Assembly (NCBI RefSeq): GCF_011386835.1
Contig: NC_088794.1
Span: 11,532,001 to 11,596,000, forward strand
DNA length: 64,000 nt
From: Chrysemys picta bellii
Lineage: Eukaryota
Direction of reading: 5' to 3'
Shown: piece after piece, positions 27,501-38,092 of the stretch
Numbering within the stretch: position 1 is the first letter of the stretch
Layout of the letters: each line of letters opens with the position of its first letter
Position numbers and translations under genes: made by a program
Notes under the pieces: generated by a model
Seen by the model: only the letters and a program-made list of their open reading frames with translations
What the model was told of the DNA's origin: nothing
The model's database searches: none

Positions 27501-30500
27501 TGCCGGAACTGGAGTTCCTTGTCCAGTGCACCGCTAGTTCTTTCCCATAAAGAGAGTACAGTCTAGTGGTTAGAGCACAGGCTTGGTGTGAGGACACCTG
27601 GGTTCCACTCCCAGCTCTGTCACTCACTCATCGGGGCTTGGTCATCACTGCAAGAAAGGGTGTTTTTACACTGCGATAGCTGTCTCGATGTAAAATTCTG
27701 GTGGGGCCAAGGCACTGCGGTTCTTACCTTGATGTGGCTCAGTGGTTCTCAACCGCAGACCGCTTGCAGCCCAATCAGCACAGAGTTGCGGCCCATGTGC
27801 CATCCTCAGGGCCATACAGGTAGCACTGGGATGTGGTACACAATGATAAACAGGATGAGAACCACTGATGTAGCCGATTGATAGGGTAGACCTCAACTAG
27901 CTGCATCCAGGTAAAAACTCCAGTCTCTTGTCTCCACCATGAGTTTACAGAGAGAGAAATAACTACAAACATCTTTTTGCAGTGAGGACAAAGCCGGGGT
28001 GACCTTAACGCAAAGTCACTCACCCTTTCTGAGTCTCAGTCGAAAGGGGAATTTTACTTTCGTGGTGCCCTGGGAAGTTGTGAGGTAGAATTTTATCGTG
28101 ATTCTAAAGGGATAGAAATGTGCAATGTCATTGTAAAGCTGCACTTTCTGCTCGGGGAGAACGTGTTGCTTTGAGACAGCTGGGGTTTCTTATCGCTCAC
28201 TGTGACAAAGAGCAGCCCCGTGACCTTCAGAATCATATAACCAAATCTCGGGGTGCATGACTCAGCAAAAAACCCCAACAAGGTGGGAAATTCGTCCAAG
28301 GCAAGAGAGTCACAGAGTCTCTCTGCAGCCATGGAAGAGTTAAGCCAAGCCCCTGGGAGAGCAGAGATAGGAAGTGGCTGTTACAAAGCTGCCTTCTAGA
28401 AACAGGCTGGCCAGGGTTGAGCAATGCTCCCAGCTCCCATGGACTCCAACTGGCGTTGGGCCCCTCAAAGTCTGTCCCTTCCAGCAGCAGAAAGGCCAGC
28501 TCCGGACAGAGGGCACTGTCTTAATATAGGGCAGATCCCTGCTCTCGCTGAAAGCAATGGGAGTTCTGCTCTCAACTGCCACAGGAGCAGGACCGGGCCC
28601 TGTAAGCAACAGCAAATAGAAGCCGATACAGGCCCGGTAGAACCAGACCTTGGAGGAGGAGTGACCTAAGGCAGGAGGGAGAAGAGGGTCTGAACCTCCT
28701 CCCCATTAATGCAGAGGGGCTGTACAGCCGGCCCTCCGGAACTGACCTCGCTAGCTGACTAATCCACACACCCCATCCCCAGACAGAGAGAAAAAGGCAG
28801 TTTCTAACACAGCTGCTGAAACCTGAGCACCTCCAGGGAGCTCATTGCTAACAAAAAGAACAGGAGTACTTGTGGCACCTTAGAGACTAACAAATTTAAC
28901 AGCGAGTCTAAGGTTACAGCCTGCTCAGAACTAGTTTCTACCACAGCCCTGCAGAGTTGTCCTGGTTAATTTCAGGGGTGGCAGCAAAAGCTGCTGTTCT
29001 CCTGCCTGGTGTGATCTGCAAACTGCAACTTGATAGATTTTTGCAGTGGAAAAAATCTGGCCCGAGTCAATGATTTCCTTGCAATTTCCAGCTGCGATCT
29101 GGGCTTGATCCAACATCAGCCTCTCTATTGCCTTCAACAAGCTTAGACCCTAATTGAAGGGCCTGCTCTAAGGTGACTCAGGAGCCAAGATGCCATGTGA
29201 ACAAGGGCACCATTCAGTGCTGTTAAAGGACCTGGACACTTATTGCTATTTAACACTGTTGAGCATAGATCTTAAAACACCCCTTAGCCCTAACGATAAC
29301 AGCGCACCCCTCTCTCACAATATGAGGTTGGTATAGACCCAACCACTTCTGTATCCCTCCCCAACACCAGTTCTGATCTCCACACAGGTTCCCTGCCAAG
29401 ACTGCAAAAGACAATGCACCTTGCAAGTGCCCGTCTCACGCTCCACAGGGCAAGGCAGCCCGGGGCGCAATCTCCACCCATGACACCTTACCTTCCCCAC
29501 TGGGGCTGTATTGCTTGTCCTCATAGGGAGTGTCCGTGTATTCCAACAGCAGTCGGATGGCGTGAGCAAGCTGAAAAGAGGAGCACGAGAGCATTTATAT
29601 CCCAGGATCCCTCCAGTTCCATTGGGCGAGCCCAGAGCTTGCCCATCTCCGAGAAAGCAAGATAAATTGACCTTCCTCCCAATTCTGCTCACAGCTGCTG
29701 GAGCCCAGGACTATACACAGATCATGCGTGATGGCTTCTACCTTAGCCAACGCACCACACAGGGGATTGAACCAGGGAACCTCCATCGCTCAGACTGGAA
29801 GGCCAGAAGGGACCATCATGATAGTCTAGTCTGACTTCCTGCACATCGCAGGACACAGAACCTCCCCCACCCACTCCTCTAATAGACCCCTAGCCTCTGG
29901 CTGAGTAACTGAACTCCTCAAATCATGATTTAAAGACTTCAAATTACCAAGAATCCACCATTGACACTAGTTTAAGCTTGCAAGTGACCCGCGCTGCAGA
30001 GGAAGGTAAAAAAAACAAAAACAAAAAAAACGCAGGGTCTCTGCTAATCTGACCTGGGGGGAAATTCCTTCCTGCCCCCAAATATGGTGATCTGTTGAAC
30101 CCTGAGTATGTGGGCAAGACTCACCAGTCAGACACCTGGGAAAGAATCCTCTGGGGTAACTCAGAGCCCTCCCCATCGAGTGTCCCGTCTCCAGCCATTG
30201 GGGATTTTTGCTACTAGCAGTCACAGACGGGCCACATGTCATTGTAGCCCGATGCATCCTAGGACTGCATTAGCCTTTTTCACAGCCACATCAGGTCAGG
30301 GGCTCCTAGGCATCCTGTGATCAAGCAATTTACTCAGGTCTTTTGGCTTTTCTGTTGCTTCCAACAGATACATCCCCATCTTATCGCAAATATTCCTGTT
30401 GTTAGTGCCTACATTCATGACTCTGCACTTTGCACTATTAAATTTCATCCCATTTCTATTCCTCCAGTTTTCCAGGTTCTCCAGATCTTCCTGTGCGATA

Positions 30501-31826
30501 TTCCGGTCCTCCTCCATATTGGCAATACCTCCCGCTTTTTGTGCCAAGGTCATGAATGAAAACGTTAAATAAGATTGGACCGAAGACCGATCCCTCAGTG
30601 GAACGCCCCTAGTAACCTCCCTCCAGCCTGGCAGTTCACCTTTCAGTGTGACCTGTTCTAATCTCCCCTTTAACCAGTTCTTTATCCACCTTTCAGTTCT
30701 CATATTAATCCCCATCTTTCTCCAATTTAATGAATAATTTCCCATGTGGGACTGTAAAAGCACAAGCTAAAGTTCTAACAGACTCAAATCCACCATAGAG
30801 CGCACACCATATGTGCGAGGGGAGACCGAGAACACACCTGCCCCACGGCATTACACATGCTCGTGGGAGTTTCAGTAGCCTGAGTTAGGAACCCTGCATT
30901 GCACTGTGGACCCAAAGAGGGCTTTTCTTGCTGAGACCACGCGGCAACTAATGCAACTAATGCAAAATTGCAATGGGGCTCCTGACCTCCAAGCCACCAG
31001 CCACTGGGGGGACTACACCCACCAATGACATGCCTCCCCTCCCCCCAGACATCTGCTGTTGGGAAACAAAACTTTTACAGAGTTACAAATAAAGTGCCCA
31101 GTCAGGGCCTGGCAGTGAGACGGGTCCATCATAGTTTCACTGCAGAAAGGGGCAGGGGCCAGGAGTGTGTAGGGCTTTCTGCAGGGACGCATCATGGGCA
31201 TTGGCTGCCGGGCAGGGACGACTTTCCCCCAGCCCCACCCTTGGGGAAGGGATAAAGGTGGGGGACGGACACTTTCACGTGATGGGGCCCTGCTCTCCTA
31301 GGGCTCACAGCTGAATTGTCAACTGGCCTGCTTGCGAGAGCCATCCCCCTACCCCAGGCAAATCTTGGCTACCATGACATGTGACCCCAAGCAAACCTGA
31401 TAGAGCCAACCCATACATTCCCCTACAGAGACCTCCCCCACAGCTGGGAGGCCGCCTGCCCCACTCCTGCACCCTCCCCCATAGCTAGGGCTGCCTGCCC
31501 CACTCCTGCACCCTTCCCCCATAGCTGGAGGGCCGCCTGCCCCTCTCCTGCAGTCCCGCCCCTCCCCCATAGCTGGGAGGCTGTGTGCCCCACTCCTGCA
31601 CCCTTCCCCCATAGCTGGGGGGCCGCCTGCCCCTCTCCTGCACCCTCCCCTATAGCTAGGGCTGCCTGCCCCTCTCCTGCCGCCCCTCCCCCATAGCTGG
31701 GGGGCCGCCTGCCCCACTCCTTTACCCCTCCCCCATAGGTGGGGGGCCGCCTGCCCCACTCCGCGCTGGCCCGGCGCTGCCCGCACTCACCCCGCGGACG
31801 TCCCAGTACCCTAGAGTGACCCCCAT
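19753..31826 (-). CDS. GSTM: Glutathione S-transferase mu, gene C (complete, 221 aa; inverted near-identical paralogue of B)
   Basis: Minus-strand exons: 31826-31791, 29570-29492 (79 nt), 23955-23891, 23414-23333, 23093-22993, 22364-22269, 22145-22035, 19848-19753 (666 nt, open, all GT-AG). Translation: [47 protein letters not shown]...[11 protein letters not shown]...[14 protein letters not shown]. Confidence 0.96.
20420..21702 (+). mobile_element. Same CR1 insertion in GSTM C intron 7, with ~52 bp internal deletion
   Basis: Same RT motifs and the same tgactat flanks (20413-20419, 21703-21709). The deletion at ~20977 removes the [18 protein letters not shown]-coding stretch. Confidence 0.95.
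24050..24770. repeat. C-rich minisatellite (CACTGCATC core, ~142-bp higher-order unit) in GSTM C intron 2; mirrored at 1-400
   Basis: actcactgcatccc recurs at 24111, 24253 and 24395. Confidence 0.9.
25006..25690. mobile_element. Non-autonomous DNA transposon (related fragment at ~8848-9130)
   Basis: Imperfect TIRs ggggcagcaggtttgtat / atacaactcggcaccc with a G-rich internal array. Confidence 0.65.
26912..27152. mobile_element. Palindromic GTCTACAC-type MITE
   Basis: cagggtctgt...gcagtgca / ctgcaatgtagacagaccctg termini. Confidence 0.65.
27740..27867. mobile_element. Short hAT (Charlie-like) MITE
   Basis: TIRs cagtggttctcaacc / ggatgagaaccactg; 8-bp flanks atgtggct / atgtagcc. Confidence 0.8.
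28257..28271 (+). promoter_or_regulatory. Consensus ARE / NF-E2-Nrf2 site in GSTM C intron 2
   Basis: ATGACTCAGCAAAAA is a full match to RTGAYnnnGCRwwww. Motif match only. Confidence 0.45.
28853..28897 (+). mobile_element. Penelope-like terminal fragment (second one at 39445-39481, minus)
   Basis: aaaagaacaggagtacttgtggcaccttagagactaacaaattt resembles the reptile Penelope terminal motif as I recall it; not database-checked. Confidence 0.5.
29785..30765 (-). mobile_element. Degenerate CR1 fragment in GSTM C intron 1
   Basis: Decayed RT ([20 protein letters not shown]) plus CR1 3' UTR (gaagggaccatcatgatagtctagtctgac). Confidence 0.8.
31430..31760. repeat. Minisatellite in GSTM C intron 1
   Basis: About 7 units of ccccatagctgggaggccgcctgcccc(a/t)ctcctgcaccct. 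Confidence 0.85.
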
Positions 31827-32100
31827 GCTGCCCCTGCGCTCCGGTCTCGCCGCGGTTCGATGCGCTCGAGTGGGGCTGCGGGGAGCGGAGATCCGAGCTT
31901 CCGCCCTGGAATCCGGTTACTTGCCTGTCAGGCCAAACTCGCTTCCCCAGTTCCTGGGCGATCGCGGGGGGCGGATCCTGAGCGCTGCGGACCCCACCTG
32001 TTAACCCTGCCCTGGCTGTCTGCACTCCTGCAGCCCCGCAGACCCCTCGCCTGTGCCCCCCAGCCCCTGCCTGCCTCCCGGGGGGACCGACCCCCCACTA
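31770..32100 (-). promoter_or_regulatory. CpG-island, apparently TATA-less promoter of GSTM C
   Basis: CpG-dense block around exon 1 with a GC box (ggggcgg, ~31967). Confidence 0.6.
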
Positions 32101-32849
32101 TCTCTGGGGGCCTTGGAGGTTAATTTAGCTCATTGCTGAGCTGGCTGCTCCCTGCAGTGTTATGCCCTGGTGCTAGCCAACCTGCGGAACTCCCTGCAGC
32201 AGGACGGCGCTCTCTCTCCATCATGTACTGGGCGGTCAGTGGGGCAGTGTCTGTTGGGGGGAGGGGTTGACTTGGCAGGACTCTGACCTGTTGTGACTGA
32301 CCTTTCCTTTCCTGGTCACCTCGGCCCCTTCATTCACACCCTGCCCATCCGGCTTTGGGCAGTAGCTTTGCTCGGATCAGCTGGGTGCAGAAAATAGAGT
32401 CTCAGGAGGCAGCTCTGGTGACCAAACCTGCAAAGTCTCTTACAGGCCAAATCTGGGCTTTCTGGGCCAGAGCGTAGCAGGAATGCTTGGCATGCACAAG
32501 CCAAGTTGGCTCGGCAGGATCTGGCAGGCCACCCTGGATCGGGGCAGAGTTTTCCCCTCTCTGCCCGCCCCTATGTTTCCACCCAGGGTGGGAGCTGGCC
32601 AGAGATACCAACCCCTCACACCCATTGTACGCATTGTTGGAGGGTTTGTTTGTGGCTCTGGCATCCATAACCACTGCCCCCTTTCCTATCACAGACAGGG
32701 GGACAGTGGGGAGACTGGGACCAGAGAAGAGGGGGCACTGCAGGCACTAGGTCCTTACCTCCTGCTGAAAAGGGCCTTAGTGTAGCGGTCGAAGGAATAA
32801 GGTGGTTTGGAGCCCCTGAGACGGCTTTTTGTTACTTGTTCATTTCTGT

Positions 32850-32990
32850 TGGGTCCGTATTGAAGGTGTGGGCGCACCAGGGATTCATATAGAGGCATTA
32901 TGATATTTTCTGTTTTATTATCTATCCCTTTCCTAATGGTTCCCAACATTGTGTTCACTTTTTTCACTGCTGCTGCACATTGAGTTATGA
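32850..32990 (-). mobile_element. Short CR1 ORF2 fragment at the duplication junction
   Basis: Encodes QCAAAVKKVNTMLGTIRKGIDNKTENIIMPLYESLVRPHLQY. Confidence 0.85.
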
Positions 32991-32992
32991 CC

Positions 32993-34521
32993 GCTTCAGT
33001 GAAGCAAGAGCGGGTCCTTGTATGTGGATCGGGGCAATGGGCCAGTCTCCAGTCTGCCAAGGTACAAGGTAGTATCCGGGAGCTGGTTCTGGATTCCTAA
33101 CTTTGGCCTGGGCCAGGGCCAGAGCAGAGAGCAGCAATGGGGCTGCTCTAACCTGTGGCAGGAGGCAACAGTCCCTAAAGGATTATATTACAACTGGGGA
33201 TGTGCTCTGGCCACTCCTGCCCTGGGGACTGGAGGGAGGAGGTACAGGAGCCAACTGTGCACTCAGGGGATCACCACTATTCAGTGCTGGGGGAAACCCT
33301 AGCTAGATGAGGGTGTGGCCACTCCTTGAGCAGCACAAAGGAAGTAGGGCAGAAAACATCCCACCATGCCAGCAGGTATAACTGGTTCCTCAGGGACTTG
33401 CTAGACATCCCACTGATCAGACTCCTGACTGGGGGATGTGGAGGACCCCCTTTGGTGTGGCCCAGAAGAGGCGTCATGTTCATGTTTCAGGGGGTTGAGG
33501 CTGTGTTGTGAGGTGGTTTGGGAAGCAGACTGTCTCCCCTCTGCTCAGGGCTCTTCATCTGCTCTCTCCTTTCTCTCCCGCCCCCCCAGGCCCTGGAGAA
33601 GGTCGCAGCCTACATGAGCTCTAGCCGCTTCATGAAGACTCCCGTCAACAACAGGATGGCCAAATGAAGCAACCAGAAGAAGTAGATCTGTGTGGAAGGG
33701 AGGGGCTGGAGAGGAATAATCCAGAGCCCCCACTTGCTGTTTGTGTACGGACTCCCTCAGATCAGATGTTGTGAGGGGGTGGACAGTTGAAGATGTTAAG
33801 TGGCAGCTTCAGTGAATTGCTCTGTGGAACAATCACTAACCGTGTGTAGTGACCCTACTCGGAAATGACCAGCCAATAAACGTTTAGTAATTGCACAATG
33901 GCTCCCTCGTGCTGAGTTGCCGTAGCCTCCCTGGAGGAAACCAGCCTCTCCAGTGCTGCCTCTTCCCCGGTCTGTTCAGTTAACCGAGCTGGGAATAGCC
34001 AAGTACCCAGCACCACATCACATCCCCTACAGGGCATCAAGACCAAATCCTGCTTTGGCTTTGATGCCTCTGCAGTTGTCAGTGGAGTGGCGCAGGTGGA
34101 ACTTCCCCCAACCCCTGGTCGTGTAGACTGCTGCTGTTGATGTACCTCCCTTGGTGGCTGGGGTGAACCAGACTAACAGCATCAGCCTGAGACTCAGGTG
34201 GTGCTGGTCAGTGTTGCTTAGTGGATTTAGAGGGCTGCTGTTACTGTAGATTCCCTTCAAGGGAAGAGGCTCTGGCCTGTTTCCCATTCCATCCTGGGTG
34301 GTGCTTAAAAGCCCTGTCTCCTGGCAACCAATTACAGGTACTTTCCTTGGGTGCCCTACCCTGATGACCCTGGCCTGTGGGGGAGTGATGCTCCAGGCTG
34401 GGTTGCCATGGCCCTGGCAACTCAAGGACTCCCTCCTCCCCCGCCAGGAATCGAGCCGCACTCCGGCCGTGTTCGCCGGGCTTGGGTCCGGCCCAGAGCC
34501 CCTTGGCGGCCGGAGCCGAAG
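32993..34521 (+). repeat. Direct repeat copy 2 (carries orphan exon 8)
   Basis: Same sequence as 15529-17041. Begins immediately after a CR1 fragment and runs on into the SLC43A3 intron. Confidence 0.93.
33590..33685 (+). pseudogene. Orphan copy of GSTM gene A exon 8 with nonsense codon
   Basis: Acceptor ccccag at 33584-33589, then ALEKVAAYMSSSRFMKTPVNNRMAK followed by TGA at 33665-33667 (TGG in gene A). AATAAA retained at 33875-33880. No + strand GSTM exons 1-7 were found between gene A and this exon. Confidence 0.92.
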
Positions 34522-34810
34522 CTGCGCCGCGGGGGCCGGGCCGGGGGCCGAAGCCGCGCCGCAGGGGCCGGCGCACTCGGCCGGATCTGGGGCTGGACTA
34601 GGCCGTGCCTCCCTGGAGCCCTTCTCGCGCCCCCCACCACCCCGGGTTATCTGGTGCTGCCTGCCCGCCCCTGCTTCTTTTCAGACTTCCCGCAAACCTC
34701 TGATTCGTGTGAAGCAGGGGAGGGGTAGGAGCAGGGGGCAGAGCATTCAGGGGAGGGGAGGAGGGGGAAGTGAGCTGGGGGCAGGGTGGAGAGCTGTGGC
34801 GCCCTCTTAG

Positions 34811-37586
34811 CGCAGGGCCCAATTCAGCCGAATCGGCCTAAAGCCGGCCCTGACGGAGAGCCCCCCGGCATGTCTTTCCGTGCCTGTGTCTTCTCCAAGC
34901 TCTTCTTCTGGCACCTCATGTGGCTGTCGGTGATGGAGCTGCGGCACTACCTCTTCATCGGCACCCTCAACCCCATGCTGGAGCACCTGGCTGCCGGCGA
35001 CACCACGCTAGGTACGGGGCACCCAGCCTGCCACAGCTGGGAGTACAGGGGAAGGGGGAGAACGGAACAATGGGGCAGGCAGAGAGGAGAAGAGAGATGG
35101 TCTATGGAAGGATGGAGGGAATGGAGCAGGTGGGGATGGAGAGAGATGATGGAGGGAAGAACAGGGGAATGGAGCAGGCGGGAATGAAGAGAGATGATCG
35201 AGGGAAGGTCAGAGGGAATGGAACAGGTGGGGATGGAGAGAGGTGATGGAGGGAATGGAACAGGTGGGGATGGAGAGAGATGATGGAGGGAAGGACGGAG
35301 GGAATGGAGCAGGCAGGGATGGAGAGATTTTGTTGGTAAAGTTGGAGGTGGGGCCGTGTTGGAGTAGGCAGAGGTGTCTTTGAGCTGGGCAGCGTTGCCC
35401 CCTGCTGTCTGATGAATGGATTGTACTTATTGGTATGGATGGAGTGAGGAGAACTGAAGGGGGGAATGGGGCAGGTTCCAGAGCAGGGGAGGGAGGCTGG
35501 AATAAGTACAAACCCTTGGCCCTTCCTGCCCAGCGTCTCGGGTGACCTGACAAGGTTGGTACTATTGTCACCCATGGGAAACTGAGGCAGGGGGAGGGGC
35601 AGTAGCTTGGCCAAGGTCACCGAGGGCTGGGTGCGGGACCCAGGAGTGCCTGGCCAATACAGGCCCCCCTCCTGTCCAGTGGATCAGGAAGTGACCAGGG
35701 CATGTGGGGTGAAGTCTCAAGCATTATGCCTTGCTGCCTGTCTCTGTTCTCAGTAAGCACCTACACCAATGCCTTCGCCTTCACCCAGCTCTGTGAGGTC
35801 CTGTGCGTCCCCTGGAATGGGCTCATCTTAGACCGGCACAAGCGTGGGAGGAGGAAGGATGGCAGTGCCAAAGGTAATCACCCCGTCCGTCGCCAGCTGC
35901 TGGACCCAGCTCTGCCTACTGCTGCTCCTCCCGCTGCTGTGAGCTTCCCCACAGCAGTGCCCATCCGGGACCCCGGTACTGCGAGCTTCCCCACAGCAGT
36001 GCCCATCCGGGACCCCAGTGCTGCAAGCTTCCCCACAGCAGTGCCCATCCGGGACCCCAGTGCTGCAAGCTTCCCCACAGCAGTGCCCATCTGGGATCCT
36101 GGCACTGCAGGATTCCCTGCAGCCTATGCCCATCTGGGACCCCAGAGTGCGAGCTTCCCAGCAGCAGTGCCCCATGTCTCTCCCTTGCCTCTTGCCAGTG
36201 TCTCTCCTGTCTGTCAGGTGGCTCGGACTCCCTGGCGGACCTGCACTCCTGCATCCTGTCGCTGGCTGTGACGGTGCTGCAGTGTGTGGCCTTCTCGGTC
36301 TGTGCCTCCGTGCCAGTGATGCCTGTGCAGTACGCCACCTTCATCCTGCAGGTGCTGAGCCGCTCCTTCCTGTACGGGGGCAACGCCGCCTTCCTGGCCA
36401 TCGCGTGAGTCACCCGGGGCGCACGGGCTGGGGGAGGGGAGATCCTAGACATGGAGGTGGCAGGGGGCTACCAATGGGCAGGGGGGCAGGGATGGGGTGG
36501 AGGAAATGGAGGGGAAGGCTGACAGGGCAAGGAGATGCCCTGCAATGGACAGTGGGGCAGGGTATGCCTCTGGCCTGTCTCACAGCAGTGCCCCCCACAT
36601 CTGTAACACTGTCCTTCCTTCCTCCCCCCGCCGCTGAGTCGTCTCTTCACAGGTTCCCACTGGAACGTTTCGGGAAGCTATATGGGCTGGTGATGGGCCT
36701 GTCGGCCTTGGTGTCACTCCTCCAGTACCCCTGCTTCGCACTCATCAAGGGACCGCTCAGCGATGACCCCTTCTATGTGAGTGTCCTTGTAGATAAATCT
36801 CTGATCATTTTCATATGACTTTACCTTGTGCCTGTTCATATAACCTTGTAGTGGGTCAACCCATGTGTGACCTCTGTCTTCATGAGACTTTGTATCAAGG
36901 CCTAATATAGAAACTTTGTACTGATGAGCCTTGGTATATGGAAACTTTGTATCAAAGCCTCATGTAGAAACTTTGCCTTGCCCTTGGTATAATGTTATAG
37001 CCCCTAAGGATAGAATAAGATAGAAGAAAAATGTCTTTTTGCTAGCAGTAGAACAAGATCTCCCCTCCCTCTCTCTCCCCCCCCCCCCCCCGCGCCCCAC
37101 ACACTCTCTTAATCAATTGCCCTGTTGAATGAATGAGGTGTGAATGAGGAAGGCATGGAAGGCAGCACCTCCAAACAGCTGCAACAGTTGGAGAGGGGCT
37201 GGGAGCCAGACCCAAGGATGCTAAAACGTGTCAAGTGGGCTCACTAAAGAAGATCAGACATACTGATGGCCTCGGGGGTTAGAAGCCAGCACCTTCTTTT
37301 GGAAACACCCTCTTTGCAGCAGCATTGGGACAACCCCCAGAAGGAAGCAGCACAAAGGACCAATGGACACAGACACAGATTTTGAATCTGGTACAGATTT
37401 GCATGAGAGGGAAGATGCTATAAAAGTGAGGTGTCTTGCAGAGGACCCCGGGTCTCGTCTTGTCACATGGGAGCATTGATCCAGATCGGCAGAAGCCCAG
37501 CTCCACCCCCTCCCTCATCTAACTCACCTGGCCAGTGCAGTTAAGGGGAGCAACTAATTGGTAACAACAACAAGACAGAGCATGCT

Positions 37587-37618
<32 letters not shown>

Positions 37619-38092
37619 AGTGCATTAGTGTATATGTATATATCTCATATGCATATGATACAGTATTAACAAATACATGTATTACTAATAAATGTGGCAT
37701 TTTGCCTTATTCCCCCTGAAAAGATCCTGTGTAGTAGTTTAAGTACAACATCCTGTCCCATCTGGGGCCTGGGGAACTTCATCGACACCCTGCAGTGAGA
37801 GACAGGGGGTGCCCCGTCTGGGGTGAGGGGGAACTTTATTGGCAACCCGCAGTGAGAGACAGGGCGTGCCCCTTACAGGGCCTGGGGGAACTTTATTGAC
37901 CCCCACTTTCTGTATTGTTCAGAACCTGATTTTCCCATCCAGGTGAACACTGGCCTCATCATCGTCATCCTCCTGGCCTTCCTCAGTCCGCTGGTAGTGC
38001 TGCGGGAGTACCAGCGCCGGGAGAGGGAGCAGGAAAAGCAACATGTTGACTCACCCCCCCTGGCCAAGGCCGGTGTGGAGTCCTCCATCTGA
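34811..38092 (+). CDS. SLC43A3: SLC43A3 (equilibrative nucleobase transporter), last five coding exons only
   Basis: Exons 34811(or 34816)-35011, 35754-35873, 36218-36404, 36653-36776, 37943-38092 splice in frame. They give [88 protein letters not shown]-like [11 protein letters not shown], which match the known SLC43A3 C-terminal half. No 5' exons were found in the window. Confidence 0.9.
35935..36170. repeat. 42-bp minisatellite in an SLC43A3 intron
   Basis: (g/a)agcttccccacagcagtgcccatccgggacccc at 35941, 35983, 36025 and 36067. Confidence 0.9.
36788..37750 (+). mobile_element. Solo LTR in the last SLC43A3 intron
   Basis: TG...CA termini with a perfect 4-bp TSD (tcct). TATAAAA at ~37419, AATAAA at ~37687, internal (TG)n. 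Confidence 0.85.

Noticed and set aside
32760-32850. Possible minus-strand exon (GSKPPYSFDRYTKALFSR) ending at a good donor
   Set aside because: I could not assign it to any protein and found no partner exons; its frame is opened by the adjacent CR1 fragment.
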